Origin: a virus
DNA: 64,000 bases
Virus record (IMG/VR): IMGVR_UViG_3300031857_000054
Span: 1 to 64,000 of that record
Reading direction: 5' to 3' (one strand)
This document shows, piece by piece, positions 52,327 to 63,479 of this stretch. The notes beneath the pieces are model-generated. The model saw only the letters and a list, made by a program, of their open reading frames with translations, had not been told where the DNA came from and searched no databases. Position numbers and translations under genes: made by a program. Positions within the stretch are counted from its first letter, which is position 1. Each line of letters begins with the position of its first letter.

Positions 52327-54327
52327 ATGCATTTAGATAGTCCAGAGTTTTTTGTCAATATGAAGTCTGTTCCTGATAAGGAATCGTCAGAATATGTTTC
52401 TTTTTGGGAAGCAGAAGATAAAAAGATTACAGAGGGTATTACCATTAATGGGTTTCACTTTTCTCCTTTTATCTATTGGCATTTAAATTACTGGTCTATT
52501 TATGTAGATACAATGGTAGGCAAAAGACAAGTTCGTAAGTTAGATCGCCCTCAGTTATGGGATACTTACTTGGCTGTCGATGAAACTATCAATAGAGCAG
52601 AAAATCATCCTGACGGAAAGAAGGGAGTTGTGATGGTAGGTTCACGACGTATCTCTAAGTCAGTATTGACTTCCTCGTATATGACCCATAAAGCAGTAAC
52701 CCAAAAAGGTAGCGACAATCTTATCTCTGCTTTGAATGGGCCTGACTTAAAAATTATAACAGAGTACGTAGACTTAGGTTTACGTAATCTTCCAGAATAC
52801 TTTAAGTTTCCCCGTATTGAAGATGATTGGAAGAGACAAGTAACTCTTGGATACAAAGACAAACAAAACGTAAGACATGAATGGTCTAAATTTCACATCC
52901 GAAACTTTGACGAAGGCAACAATACGGAAGCAGCTGCTGGTCTTACTCTATCTTCTTTTATGTTGGAAGAAGGAGGAAAAGGAAAGATTCTCAATTGTTT
53001 GGCGGCAACTACTCCTTGTTTTGACAGTCCATATGGATGGCGTTGTTCTCCTTTTGTCATTGGGACTTCGGGAGATATGACAAAGGCAGGGGATTTGGAA
53101 GAGCTTTTCAATAACCCTGAAGCATACAATTTTCTTCCTGTAGAGTCACTTGACTCTGGTAAATCCTATGGTTTGTTTATCCCAGGAACTAAATCTTTGA
53201 AGGTACCAAAAGAACCAAAATCTCTTGGACTTTACTTAGAGAATGCGGAACCATCGGAATTAGACGATATAACAATTTGGGTATCTGATGAAGACAAAGG
53301 AAAAGAATTAATCTTAAAGTCTAGAGAACAAATTAAGAAATCTAGTGGTCTAGAAGCATACTTGAAGGAGGTAATGTATTATCCTCTGACACACGAAGAA
53401 TGTTTCCTAGAACTTTCGCAAAACATCTTTCCTGTGGATCTTCTTCAGGAACAATTGCAAAAGATTACATCACTAGATGCAAATCCAGATTACGTAGAAC
53501 TAGTGCAGAAGTCAGATGGAAGCATTGGTCATAAGTTTACAGATAAGAAACCAGTTCAAAACTTTCCTTCTAAACCAACAGATAACTTAGAAGGTGCAGT
53601 TCAGATTTGGGAGTATCCTATACTAGGGGCACCCTATGGTCTTTATACGGCAGGAACTGACCCATATAAACAGTCACAAGCTAAATACTCAACCTCTTTA
53701 GGCTCTACTTATATTTACAAACGTGTGCATGATATTGCAGGGGAAGGGTGGCAGAACATAGTAGTAGCAGCGTACACAGGTCGTCCTAAAAAGATTGAAC
53801 AGTGGTATGAGATGACAAAGATGTTATTGAAGTACTATAACGCTAAGACACTTTGTGAAAACATGGATATGGGATTCATTCAGCATTGTATTGAAAAGAA
53901 CGAATCTGCTTTTTTCTTAGAACGCACACCCTCATTCTTAAATGACATCCACCCTAGTAGTGCAGTAAATCGTGAGTATGGAATACATATGACCAGTGAT
54001 ATTAAAGATTACTTGAACTCACTGATTATAGAATACATCACAGAAGTTATAGAAAGAGAGACAGATGCAGAGGGTAACGTCGTAAAAGAAAGATTAGGAG
54101 TTACTAGAATACTTGACCCTCTACTGCTTAAAGAATTAATTAAGTTTACTCCCAAATTAAACGTCGACCGAGTTATTTCTTTTGGCCTTACTCTTGCTAT
54201 GGCAAAATCCTTAAACAGCAAATCAGTAATAGTATCTTCTACACAGGATTCTCGCATGCAAGAGTACTTTAAATCCATGAAATCAAAACAACTTTTCAGG
54301 ACAACAAGAAGCCCTTTTAGGTATTAA
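52327..54327 (+). CDS. terL: Terminase large subunit
   Basis: GSRRISKS Walker A, MLEEGG Walker B, GTSG, nuclease GTDPY, CEN, NVDRV. Confidence 0.92.
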   Translation: MHLDSPEFFVNMKSVPDKESSEYVSFWEAEDKKITEGITINGFHFSPFIYWHLNYWSIYVDTMVGKRQVRKLDRPQLWDTYLAVDETINRAENHPDGKKGVVMVGSRRISKSVLTSSYMTHKAVTQKGSDNLISALNGPDLKIITEYVDLGLRNLPEYFKFPRIEDDWKRQVTLGYKDKQNVRHEWSKFHIRNFDEGNNTEAAAGLTLSSFMLEEGGKGKILNCLAATTPCFDSPYGWRCSPFVIGTSGDMTKAGDLEELFNNPEAYNFLPVESLDSGKSYGLFIPGTKSLKVPKEPKSLGLYLENAEPSELDDITIWVSDEDKGKELILKSREQIKKSSGLEAYLKEVMYYPLTHEECFLELSQNIFPVDLLQEQLQKITSLDANPDYVELVQKSDGSIGHKFTDKKPVQNFPSKPTDNLEGAVQIWEYPILGAPYGLYTAGTDPYKQSQAKYSTSLGSTYIYKRVHDIAGEGWQNIVVAAYTGRPKKIEQWYEMTKMLLKYYNAKTLCENMDMGFIQHCIEKNESAFFLERTPSFLNDIHPSSAVNREYGIHMTSDIKDYLNSLIIEYITEVIERETDAEGNVVKERLGVTRILDPLLLKELIKFTPKLNVDRVISFGLTLAMAKSLNSKSVIVSSTQDSRMQEYFKSMKSKQLFRTTRSPFRY

Positions 54328-54426
54328 ACTACACTTATTTTAAAATTTTGGGTATCAAAATTAAGATTTGGTATTATTTTTACCGCTAGTTATACTTTAT
54401 AAGTTAATACATTAACATCCATTGTT

Positions 54427-56877
54427 ATGATCATAGAAGCACTCAAAGAGTACACTGATGCACTGAATCACGCATACTTTTATCCAGAGCAATTTGTTTC
54501 TGCAGCCAAGAAACAAAAGCCTCAGTGGATTAAATCTACCCTTGACTACTTTGCAAATATTGCATTTGCCCAGTACCGACAAAACATAAAATTCAGAAAA
54601 AACTACCGTCTATTTAACGGAGAGTTTAACTTTGATGATTACACCAATGAGCCCCAGATACAAGAAATTATTAGTTACCTTTCAGATACTCCTGATCAAG
54701 AGCCAGAAATTCCTCAGCATCTTAAGCATTATCCAATAGTCAACCCACCTATCAATCAATTAAAGGGTGAGTTAATTAACAGACCATTTAAGTATAAGGT
54801 CAAAGCTGTTGACGATGCGAGTGTAGATGAGAACATTGACTTCCGTACTGACTTAATTAAAGAGTTCTTCATGAATAAAATGATGGCTCGTTTAGAAGGA
54901 GTACCTGAAGAACAGTTACAGCAGATTCAAGAAGAGATGATGGCTGAGATTCAAAACAAAATCTTGGACTACACTTCTACTGCCGAAGAGTGGGGCAACA
55001 AAGTACTTAATGCACTTAAGTATAGTTTCCGTTTAAAAGAAAAGTCTAGTCAAGGTTTCTTAGATTTCTTGATTACAGGACAAGAGTTTCACCACTTCTA
55101 CCCAGACAATTCAAGAATCGGATTTAACTACAAAGTAGAAAACCCATCTAACGTATGGTACTTAGCTAATCGTAATGCTATGTATACTACTGATTGTTGG
55201 GCTTTAGGTACTATTGAAGTTCTTTCTATGTCTGAAATAGTAGAGAGATATAATCTTTCTGGTGAAGAAGTTAAGCACTTGAATAGTCGTTCTTTACAGA
55301 ATCTTCGTAACAACGAATATTCTCCATTGTCTCCTGCACTTCCAGACCCTAATGACCCATTGTGGCAGTTGACATTTGAGAACGTGGGTGACTTTGCCAA
55401 TGGAGGTATTGACCACAACGTATTCTCGTTCAACTCTCAACACGCCTACACAGTAGTTACTTGTTACTGGCAGTCTAAAAAGAAGATATATAAGCGTCAG
55501 TACATAGACGAACAAGGATACCTTCAAGAACAATTTGTAAGTGAAGACTACAAGTACGATAAAACTATGGGCGATATTGCTCTAGATGAGTTGTGGATTA
55601 ACGAATGGTGGAAGGGTATTAAGATTGGTGCTGACATCTACATTGATGTAGAGCCTCTAGAGTATAGCCAAACTCCTCCAATTGTAGGTATTGTAAACAC
55701 TACTCGTAATACGCAAGGCAAATCCTTGCTTGATCTTCTTAAGCCTTACCAAGTTCTTTACAACATTTGTATGAACCAGTTGTGGGAGTTACTTGAGAAA
55801 GAGATTGGTGTGGTATTCTTGGGTGACTTAAAAGTAGTGCCTAAGAAAGATTCTCAAGATCCAATTGAGACAATGCTTTGGAATGCCAAGAATCGTGGTA
55901 CTTTGTTTATTGATACATCTCCAGAGAATACTGGTGGAGCTGTTCAGTTCAACCAAATGTCTCGTGTAGACTTGACTAGAACTGCAGAAATTCAATCTCG
56001 TATCCAATTGGCACAAGCTCTCCGTACAGAGGCATACGAACTTATTGGTGTAACTCGCCAGCGTCTAGGTTCAGTAACTCCCTCTGAGACGGCTACTGCT
56101 ACTAAAGAAGGACTTACTCAATCATTCTCTCAAACAGAAACATGGTTTGCTTGGCATGATAACGTAATGCAACAAGTATATCAAACAATGTTGGAGATGG
56201 CTCAGTATACAGAATTGCAAAAGCCTACCTCTACTTTGAACTACTTAAACTCAGAATTGGAAACTGTATTCTTACGTATAACTAAGAATGAGTTACTCCG
56301 TGAGTTGTTTGTATTTGTGACATCATACGCTGAGGATAGAGTAACACTTGAACAGTTGCGTTCGTTGGCTCAACCCGCACTTCAGAATGGTGCAGAGTTG
56401 ATTGAGATTTTTGACCTGTACACCGCTGCCTCAGAACGTTCACTTCGTCACGTATTAGAAGGCGTACAAGAACGTAAAGCTCAATTGCAACAACAGCAAA
56501 TGGCACAACAGCAACAACAGATGGAAATGCAACAACAACAATTCCAAACTAAACTTGCTGCAGATGCTGAACAAAAACAACAAGATGCACAACGTGAGGA
56601 TATGAACAAAGAACTCGACCGTCAGAACAGACTTGACGTAGAGCGTCTGCGTGGTATTGCTAACGAATCTTCTTTCTCACAAGACAAAGATTTGACTCCT
56701 CTATTGATACAACAAGCTAACTTGGCTAAGGAACAATCTAAGATGCGATTTGAGCAACTTAAGAATGCTGACCAAGTTAGTCTTAAGAGTAGAGAGTTAG
56801 ATTTAAAGGAAAAAGACATCGATACTAAGCTGCAAATAGCTAAGCAAAACAAGAATAAATACGATAAGAAGAAATAA
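54427..56877 (+). CDS. Portal protein (crAss type)
   Basis: 816 aa after TerL; NYRLFNG, HYPIVNPPINQLKGE, LKPYQVLYNI, GVTRQRLG; Gln-rich C-terminus. Confidence 0.92.
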   Translation: MIIEALKEYTDALNHAYFYPEQFVSAAKKQKPQWIKSTLDYFANIAFAQYRQNIKFRKNYRLFNGEFNFDDYTNEPQIQEIISYLSDTPDQEPEIPQHLKHYPIVNPPINQLKGELINRPFKYKVKAVDDASVDENIDFRTDLIKEFFMNKMMARLEGVPEEQLQQIQEEMMAEIQNKILDYTSTAEEWGNKVLNALKYSFRLKEKSSQGFLDFLITGQEFHHFYPDNSRIGFNYKVENPSNVWYLANRNAMYTTDCWALGTIEVLSMSEIVERYNLSGEEVKHLNSRSLQNLRNNEYSPLSPALPDPNDPLWQLTFENVGDFANGGIDHNVFSFNSQHAYTVVTCYWQSKKKIYKRQYIDEQGYLQEQFVSEDYKYDKTMGDIALDELWINEWWKGIKIGADIYIDVEPLEYSQTPPIVGIVNTTRNTQGKSLLDLLKPYQVLYNICMNQLWELLEKEIGVVFLGDLKVVPKKDSQDPIETMLWNAKNRGTLFIDTSPENTGGAVQFNQMSRVDLTRTAEIQSRIQLAQALRTEAYELIGVTRQRLGSVTPSETATATKEGLTQSFSQTETWFAWHDNVMQQVYQTMLEMAQYTELQKPTSTLNYLNSELETVFLRITKNELLRELFVFVTSYAEDRVTLEQLRSLAQPALQNGAELIEIFDLYTAASERSLRHVLEGVQERKAQLQQQQMAQQQQQMEMQQQQFQTKLAADAEQKQQDAQREDMNKELDRQNRLDVERLRGIANESSFSQDKDLTPLLIQQANLAKEQSKMRFEQLKNADQVSLKSRELDLKEKDIDTKLQIAKQNKNKYDKKK

Positions 56878-56944
56878 GAATTTCACTTTATCTATATTTA
56901 CACACTCACTTTTTTTAACCTATTGTGTTAATTTTTTAATAGGT

Positions 56945-56952
56945 TAACTTTG
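56945..56952 (+). promoter_or_regulatory. TAACTTTG -7 element for scaffold/capsid genes
   Basis: 30 nt upstream of ATG 56982. Confidence 0.55.
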
Positions 56953-56981
56953 AAAACAGACAAACCAACCAACTAATTGTC

Positions 56982-58193
56982 ATGAATAACAACCCAAACG
57001 ACGACCAATTAGGTTTAGACAACCTAGAGTTCTTTGAAAATTTTGCTACTGATGATCCCCTAGAGGATCCCCAGTTTGATCCCAACGCTAATCTTGCCCC
57101 TGATATTTTGGGTGGCGAGAAGATGGACTTAGAAGACGATGACCTTCCTATGGGAGGACAAGGTAAAAAACCAACGGCTCCTGCAACTCCTGCCACTCCT
57201 CCAGCCTCTACTCCTAATGAAGAAGAAGAGGAAGAAGAAGACGATGACAACAAGTCTGCAGGCAACCAAGAGCTAGAAGATGATGACTTAGAAGATGATT
57301 CTGACGACATTAACTACTACGAAGCTTTTGGTAAAGGATTGCTGAAGTCAGGACATTTTGATTTAGGTGAGGAAATTGATCCTGACCAAGTAGAATGGAC
57401 TGAAGAAAGTTTCCTTGAAATGATGTCTGCTACCGTTGAGAACAAAGCGTGGAAACAACTAGAGGAAATTGCTACTGAGGCTTATGGTCCAGAAGGACTT
57501 GAATTGGTGAAAGACCTTTTCATTAATAAAGTCCCTGTACAACAATACCTTTCTAAGTTCAACGAACAAGTTGCACTTGAAAATGTTGACTTGACTAATC
57601 CTCAGAACCAAGAAGCTATCTTCCGTGAGTATCTTTCTCGCACTGGTTTAGACCAAGATGAGATTGATGAACAACTTGAATATGCTGTCAAGACTAATAA
57701 ACTTGAGAACTTCTCAGAAAAGTACTACGTAAAATTACTTGAACGTAGTAGACAAGAGAGAGAAGTGTTAGCAGAACAAAGTGCTCAGAAACAAAGAGAA
57801 GCACAAGAAAGAGAAAATGCAAGACAAGAATCTTACATTAAAACTTTGGAAGGTGCAATCAAGACAGGAGATATTAACGGCTTCCCTATCAATCAGAATG
57901 AAGCAGCTAACTTATTTGACTATGTAACTAACAAAAGTTATCAGTTACCTAACGGTCAAAAGATTAGCGAGTTTGAGTTTACCTTGGCAAAGATGCGTCA
58001 AGAAGATCCTCAAAAGTTTCTAGCAGTAGCAAGGTTAGTTCAATCTAACTTAGACCTAGCTCCAGTTAAGAAGAAAGGTGTAAGTGAGGAGACTAACTCA
58101 ATTTTCCAAGAACTGCAAAAAAAGTCTAAAAAAGGACCTAAAGGAGAACCTAGAAAAGAGACCCAACTCTTTAGTAATTTCTTCGGTAGATAA
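56982..58193 (+). CDS. Capsid scaffolding-like acidic protein
   Basis: D/E-rich N-terminus, coiled coil; between portal and MCP. Confidence 0.75.
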   Translation: MNNNPNDDQLGLDNLEFFENFATDDPLEDPQFDPNANLAPDILGGEKMDLEDDDLPMGGQGKKPTAPATPATPPASTPNEEEEEEEDDDNKSAGNQELEDDDLEDDSDDINYYEAFGKGLLKSGHFDLGEEIDPDQVEWTEESFLEMMSATVENKAWKQLEEIATEAYGPEGLELVKDLFINKVPVQQYLSKFNEQVALENVDLTNPQNQEAIFREYLSRTGLDQDEIDEQLEYAVKTNKLENFSEKYYVKLLERSRQEREVLAEQSAQKQREAQERENARQESYIKTLEGAIKTGDINGFPINQNEAANLFDYVTNKSYQLPNGQKISEFEFTLAKMRQEDPQKFLAVARLVQSNLDLAPVKKKGVSEETNSIFQELQKKSKKGPKGEPRKETQLFSNFFGR

Positions 58194-58222
58194 AATATAA
58201 GCACACATAAACTAAAAATAAA

Positions 58223-59752
58223 ATGCCTAATCAATCCATTACCAGAGTTAACGGTCGCGTTATAGCTAATGCGCACGTTACCAGCTCTTACTATTCTAAG
58301 AATAGTTTGGGTAAGTTGACCGACAAAAACTTTGTCGAGTCAATGTTGAAAACTAAACCAGACCAGTATGACAAAGTTATGTTGCGTCTGTTCACTGACA
58401 CTCGCTTGTATTCTAACGATTTGTTGGATCTTGTGATGAAGAACGGTAAGCCATTTATGGTTAACGACCCTAATGGTGTCTTCACTTACAAAATCAAGAA
58501 GCGTGCTGAACTTCCAAAAATCATTGCCAACTTTGCTACAACTGTTGCAAAACCTGGTATTGATGGTCAAGAGTTCGAAATCGTATTTGACAAACAAGGT
58601 TTTGTTGTAAACGATATCATCAGCGCACACCGTTATGAGCAAGAGACTTTGGTACAAATCGTATCTGAGCCTGAGCGTTACCAAAATGGTTTCAAATACC
58701 GTTGCCGTGCCGTTGCCGCTAGTAGCACTGACTTCGTTAACCAACGTTTCTTGGTTGTAGGTACTGAGTACTTCAAAGTAGGTAACGTATTGGGTGAGTA
58801 CACCACTTCATTCTCTAGCTTGGGATTGTTCGATGGTCACTTGGAAGTTATGGCTGACGTATTGAGTCAATATGGTGTTGAACACACTATCACTGACTGG
58901 GCTGATGCTACTAAACTTGGTATGCAAACTGACGCTACTGGTAATCCTATGGACTTGACTTACTACACTTTGACTGATCCTACTGCTGAAGCAGAGAAGA
59001 CAAAGATCGTAGGTTGGGAACCAACTGTATCTCGTTTGTTGCGTATGGAAATGATGCGCATGAAAGCAAACATGTTGATGTGGGGTCGCCAAGGTCAAGC
59101 TAAAGACGAAAGAGGTCGCTCTACTCGTATGAAGCAAGGTTTGTGGCAGCAATTGCACTTGGGTAACATTATCCAATACGATCGTGGTCAATTCTCTTTG
59201 AACTTGATTCGTACTGCAATTGGTGACTTGTTCTACAACCGTGTATTGATTGCTGATCGTAAAGTAAAAGTTTACACCAACCGTGCAGGTATGGAGTTGG
59301 CTTCTTCTGCTATCAAAAAAGACTTCAACAGTGCGAACTTTATGGTTAACGCTGATAAGTTCATGGATGGTAAAGATCGCTTGAAGCAAGGTTATGCTTT
59401 CCAATTTGACCACTACATGACTACCGAAACTGGTCCTGTTGAGTTCGTAGAATTGGAACAGTTGAACATGCATGCTACTTTCTTGGAATTGGGACCTAAT
59501 AAGAAAACTCCTCCAATCTTTATCGTACTTGACGTATCTGGTCAAGAAGATTCAGGTATCCGTGAGGTTAAGTTGTCTACTCGTCCTAACATGTACTACC
59601 AGTACATCCCAGGTTCAGTAGGATTCGGAAGCCAACAAACCGTAATTGCTAACAAAGATCCTTATAGCACTTACATCATGAAAGACTTCTGTGGTGTCTT
59701 CTTGGAAGATCCAACCAGAACTGTAATCATTAAAGAATACCCACGCCTCTAA
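58223..59752 (+). CDS. Major capsid protein (crAss type)
   Basis: 509 aa, strongly biased codons, position after scaffold; PGIDGQEF, GLWQQL, FLEDPTR. Confidence 0.9.
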   Translation: MPNQSITRVNGRVIANAHVTSSYYSKNSLGKLTDKNFVESMLKTKPDQYDKVMLRLFTDTRLYSNDLLDLVMKNGKPFMVNDPNGVFTYKIKKRAELPKIIANFATTVAKPGIDGQEFEIVFDKQGFVVNDIISAHRYEQETLVQIVSEPERYQNGFKYRCRAVAASSTDFVNQRFLVVGTEYFKVGNVLGEYTTSFSSLGLFDGHLEVMADVLSQYGVEHTITDWADATKLGMQTDATGNPMDLTYYTLTDPTAEAEKTKIVGWEPTVSRLLRMEMMRMKANMLMWGRQGQAKDERGRSTRMKQGLWQQLHLGNIIQYDRGQFSLNLIRTAIGDLFYNRVLIADRKVKVYTNRAGMELASSAIKKDFNSANFMVNADKFMDGKDRLKQGYAFQFDHYMTTETGPVEFVELEQLNMHATFLELGPNKKTPPIFIVLDVSGQEDSGIREVKLSTRPNMYYQYIPGSVGFGSQQTVIANKDPYSTYIMKDFCGVFLEDPTRTVIIKEYPRL

Positions 59753-59770
59753 TCTAGGCGGTCTTTAGAG

Positions 59771-59794
59771 GGGGAGGGTTCTCGGACTCTCCCC
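59771..59794 (+). terminator. Stem-loop after MCP
   Basis: GGGGAGGGTT/GACTCTCCCC stem, no clear U-tract. Confidence 0.45.
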
Positions 59795-59835
59795 TGATAA
59801 AGATATTAGATTAACCAAAACAATCAACCAAAATA

Positions 59836-60777
59836 ATGAAAGGACAAGAAATCGCACGCGGAACAAAGGTTATTAAACCTTACCGCAAAGAACCTGCAAA
59901 CTCTAGGAGTTTAGAAGGATCACTGTACAGGGAGGGATTTAATTTCATCCCAGGTACATCAAAAAAGTTTTACCCTCGTGTTGATTCACGTGGAGTAATA
60001 CGAACAGGACTAGATGAAAACGCAATGAAGTTGCGAGCAATCGAAGACCCTGAAGTAAGAGAGCAAGAGATGAACCGTATTAAGACTTTAAAAACTTACT
60101 ACGAATCTATTTTAGATGAATCTCTTGACCCTACTAGTACGTTCTATGACGAAATAAAAGAGAATGGGTACACCCTAGAAGATGGAGACAATATCTTTAA
60201 CTTGGAGAATCCCCGTGATGCAATTAACTTCTTTTGGTTACTTGAAACGGATATGGTTGCTCACAGTATAGACGATATTGAAACTGGAAAAGCTGACGGA
60301 TCTATTGTACGTTTTTATGTACACGATGGTGAAGTAGAATCTAAATCCGCTTTTGAACGTAAAAAGCGAATTAACAGTGCGATTGCAGAGTTAGATAGAA
60401 TGACTGCAGTTAAACGTAAGAAGATTCAAAAGCTTTTAGGTTTAGGATTGGCTGGAGATGCAAGTGAGGAAGAAGTATACAATGCTCTAGACGAGTATTT
60501 GCGTATTCCTGCTACTGCTCTTGACCAAGACCCAATCGCTGCGTTTACGAAAATCACTAAGTACAGTGAAGAGACCTTGGCTATCAAGTCTCTAATCCGT
60601 GAGTTGATTGACTACAACGTTATAAGAGTTAAAGGTTCTGTAGTTTATGAAGGAGAGCACGTATGGGCTAGATCAGTAGAAGAGTTAGAATTAACTTTGG
60701 CTGACCCTAAGAACTCCGACATTTACGATGCCTTTAAAGACAAAGTAAAAAACAAAATGAAACTATCCGTTATCTAA
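59836..60777 (+). CDS. Conserved crAss-type protein following MCP
   Basis: 313 aa; synteny with the crAss capsid module. Confidence 0.75.
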   Translation: MKGQEIARGTKVIKPYRKEPANSRSLEGSLYREGFNFIPGTSKKFYPRVDSRGVIRTGLDENAMKLRAIEDPEVREQEMNRIKTLKTYYESILDESLDPTSTFYDEIKENGYTLEDGDNIFNLENPRDAINFFWLLETDMVAHSIDDIETGKADGSIVRFYVHDGEVESKSAFERKKRINSAIAELDRMTAVKRKKIQKLLGLGLAGDASEEEVYNALDEYLRIPATALDQDPIAAFTKITKYSEETLAIKSLIRELIDYNVIRVKGSVVYEGEHVWARSVEELELTLADPKNSDIYDAFKDKVKNKMKLSVI

Positions 60778-60786
60778 TAACCGAAG

Positions 60787-61503
60787 ATGATACCAGTACA
60801 AGAGTTGATATACGAGTTTAAGTTAAGCTTAAATAAGATGGACAGGCAAGACAACGTGCAAGTCCCTCTAGAAGATATTTTGGTTTTCTTAAATCAGGCT
60901 CAATTATCTTGGGTAGAATCTAAAGTAGGAGAAAACAACATTTTCAGACACGGATACGAAGGGACAAGAAAGAGAATTGAAGACTTGCAAGTATTGAAAG
61001 TTGACGATGTTTCTTTGACACTAGTAAAAACAACAGACGTTCTTTATAAAGGCTACAAAGCCAGTTTGAAATCTCTCCCTAACTACATGATGTATGTAAT
61101 GTCGCATGTAGGTGCAAGGAAAGAAGATTGTAAAGCAGGTTTAACAGTAGATTTAATTAGACAAAACGATCTGTCAACATTATACTTTGATGCAAACTTC
61201 AGCCCCTCCTTTGAATGGAGAAACACATTTGCAACAATCGGCCAAGATAACATCACTGTATACACTGACGAAAGTTTTGAAATTGAGAATCTTTACCTTA
61301 CTTACTTAAGATATCCAAAGCCAATAGATTCAGAAGGCTACATCAACTTAGATGGATTGGATTCAGTAAATATGGACTGTGAACTTCCTTACTATGCTAA
61401 ATCAGATATTCTGAATTTAGCTATTAAGTTTGCCGCACAATCAGTAGACAACCAAGGCCAAGCAGCTTTTGCAGAGGACAGAAGTGTTAAAAACTCAGAA
61501 TAA
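60787..61503 (+). CDS. Tail ring/head-tail adaptor protein
   Basis: FLNQAQ...YEGTRKRIEDL...YLTYLRYPKPI...CELP...ILNLAI pattern. Confidence 0.75.
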   Translation: MIPVQELIYEFKLSLNKMDRQDNVQVPLEDILVFLNQAQLSWVESKVGENNIFRHGYEGTRKRIEDLQVLKVDDVSLTLVKTTDVLYKGYKASLKSLPNYMMYVMSHVGARKEDCKAGLTVDLIRQNDLSTLYFDANFSPSFEWRNTFATIGQDNITVYTDESFEIENLYLTYLRYPKPIDSEGYINLDGLDSVNMDCELPYYAKSDILNLAIKFAAQSVDNQGQAAFAEDRSVKNSE

Positions 61504-61520
61504 ACTAATAATATAAAAAA

Positions 61521-62939
61521 ATGAACTACGATTTCACCCAAGTATTTGTTCCGACTAACAAATACACTACAACTGGAAACGGATTCGATGCACTAGGTGC
61601 TCGTATCTTCGGCGTATTTACTCCTACCTATGTCGCTAACACCGATCAGTTGGTAGGCTTTCAATCTGTTAACTACACTACTGGTGCTCCAACTCCTTCT
61701 ACTACACAACCTTTCAAAGAGATTGTGTTGGCTATGGGTACAGGTACTTCTTACCCTGCCAATAAGTTTGGTAGCTTTAAGTCTCCTGTAATCAGAAAAG
61801 GTAAGTTGACTCAAGTTTCTTACGTGCCTGCTGATGCAAGTGCTGCTAAACAACAAATTACTTATCTTGGTTATGATGAGGTTAACGATTTCAAATCACC
61901 TAGTTTTTCTTGTGATGAGGAATACGTTGTAACCATCAAAATCGATGAGTACTGGTCTAAAGGTGTATTCCAACCAATGATTCAAGAGTCAGTTCGTGTT
62001 AAAACTGTAAACTGCTCAGAGTGCGGTGGTGGTTGTGATGCATTGGATTGCTATGATATTATGGCTTCTGTAGCTAGTAAGATCAATGCTAATCCTTTGT
62101 TGAGCAAGTACGTAAATGCTACTCACGTATTCAAAGGTTCTGCACCTTCTTACAAGTACACTTTGACTTTGCCTGATGCTGGTAACTCTACTGCAGAAAA
62201 CGCTGTGTTGACTGCTTTGCAAGCTTACTACCCATCTGCTACTTACGGTACTATTGCTATCACAACTACTGATACTGATGGTGACACTGATGCTGATGCA
62301 TTGGGTAACATCTTGTACGAAATTGCAACTCCTTTGATTGCAAACGTAGCTGATATGCCTACTTACTTAGGTGTAGCTTGGGAGTCAGTTAAGTCAAGTG
62401 CTGGTTCAGTAACTGCTTGTGGTGTTAAATTGGAAGGTAAAGCATTGGATGCTTTCGGAAACGCTTGTGTTCCTGATGCTGTTCCTTACGTATTCAACTT
62501 GGTTCGTTTCCAAGTAGTTGCGGCTAAAGGTCCTTTCACTACCCAAGACTTCGATATCAACGACTTGACTGGTCCTTGGTATGTTACTAAAACTCAAGAT
62601 GTTAAGTATGCAATTGGTGCTGGTTCTGCTATGGCTGAATTGGAGCGTCACTTCTTCCGTAACAACTTGCCTAACGTAGCTGAGTCTGTGTACTACTGGA
62701 ATCCTATCTACAACGAGGATGTAAACCAGTTCTTGTATGTAAACAGCACTTTGTTGTACAACGTACTTTCTGTTAAATTCTTGGATGATTCTCCAGTAGG
62801 ATTTGAAAAGAAATCAGTAAATAGCCATGAGGTATTGATTATGGTAGACACAACTAACGAAGCTGCTAATAGTGTTATTAGTAGTGCAGGTAGTGTTTCT
62901 GCAAACATTCTTGCCTTCTTTAACTATTTCGCTGCCTAA
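61521..62939 (+). CDS. Abundant virion protein (auxiliary capsid protein candidate)
   Basis: 472 aa, MCP-like codon bias, crAss synteny. Confidence 0.65.
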   Translation: MNYDFTQVFVPTNKYTTTGNGFDALGARIFGVFTPTYVANTDQLVGFQSVNYTTGAPTPSTTQPFKEIVLAMGTGTSYPANKFGSFKSPVIRKGKLTQVSYVPADASAAKQQITYLGYDEVNDFKSPSFSCDEEYVVTIKIDEYWSKGVFQPMIQESVRVKTVNCSECGGGCDALDCYDIMASVASKINANPLLSKYVNATHVFKGSAPSYKYTLTLPDAGNSTAENAVLTALQAYYPSATYGTIAITTTDTDGDTDADALGNILYEIATPLIANVADMPTYLGVAWESVKSSAGSVTACGVKLEGKALDAFGNACVPDAVPYVFNLVRFQVVAAKGPFTTQDFDINDLTGPWYVTKTQDVKYAIGAGSAMAELERHFFRNNLPNVAESVYYWNPIYNEDVNQFLYVNSTLLYNVLSVKFLDDSPVGFEKKSVNSHEVLIMVDTTNEAANSVISSAGSVSANILAFFNYFAA

Positions 62940-62952
62940 TTAGACGAATAAT

Positions 62953-62977
62953 GGGGGGACTGAACTCCCCCCTTTTT
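62953..62977 (+). terminator. Intrinsic terminator
   Basis: GGGGGGA/TCCCCCC stem plus T-run. Confidence 0.75.
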
Positions 62978-63001
62978 CTAACTTTTAAAAAATAAAAAAT
63001 C

Positions 63002-63451
63002 ATGGCAAAAGATATTATTCTTAAACTCGGCACCTACATGACCACTGTTAATAACAAAGACATTGCTGCAGGTGCTATCCCAGGAGCTTCTTTAGAGAAG
63101 TTTGTTGTTAACCTTTTAAAGAGCCCTACTTGCTGCGTTAAGTATGTAACGTTAAGCAAAGGAACTGTAACACAGTCAGGTAGTATTACTACTGCAGTTA
63201 CATTGAACCAGCCTGCTGGTGAGATTACAACTGTAAGTGCTACTATTGCTGCAGGTGCAATGTCCTCTTTTACACTTAACAATAGTTTTATTAAAGCTGA
63301 TTCTGTAATTATGGCTACAGTTAACGACACTACTGGTACTGGTCTATTGGCCGTACAAGTTGATGGTATTGTTGCAGGTTCTTGCACAGTATCTCTTGGA
63401 GGTGTTGTTGCGAATACTGGAGTTGTAATCGTTGGATTTGCAATTATGTAA
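63002..63451 (+). CDS. Virion decoration/head-fibre-like protein
   Basis: GTVTQ..SITTAVTLN..AGEITT...FTLNNSFI beta-rich domain. Confidence 0.65.
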   Translation: MAKDIILKLGTYMTTVNNKDIAAGAIPGASLEKFVVNLLKSPTCCVKYVTLSKGTVTQSGSITTAVTLNQPAGEITTVSATIAAGAMSSFTLNNSFIKADSVIMATVNDTTGTGLLAVQVDGIVAGSCTVSLGGVVANTGVVIVGFAIM

Positions 63452-63456
63452 TTAAC

Positions 63457-63479
63457 AGGGGAGAGAAATCTCCCCTTTT
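63457..63479 (+). terminator. Intrinsic terminator
   Basis: AGGGGAGA-GAAA-TCTCCCCT plus T-run. Confidence 0.75.

Noticed and set aside
58291-59545. Long antisense ORFs (e.g. 58808-59545, 44642-45121, 42613-43125, 47445-47882)
   Set aside because: They are shadows of strongly biased or low-complexity sense genes, with no motifs or expression signals.
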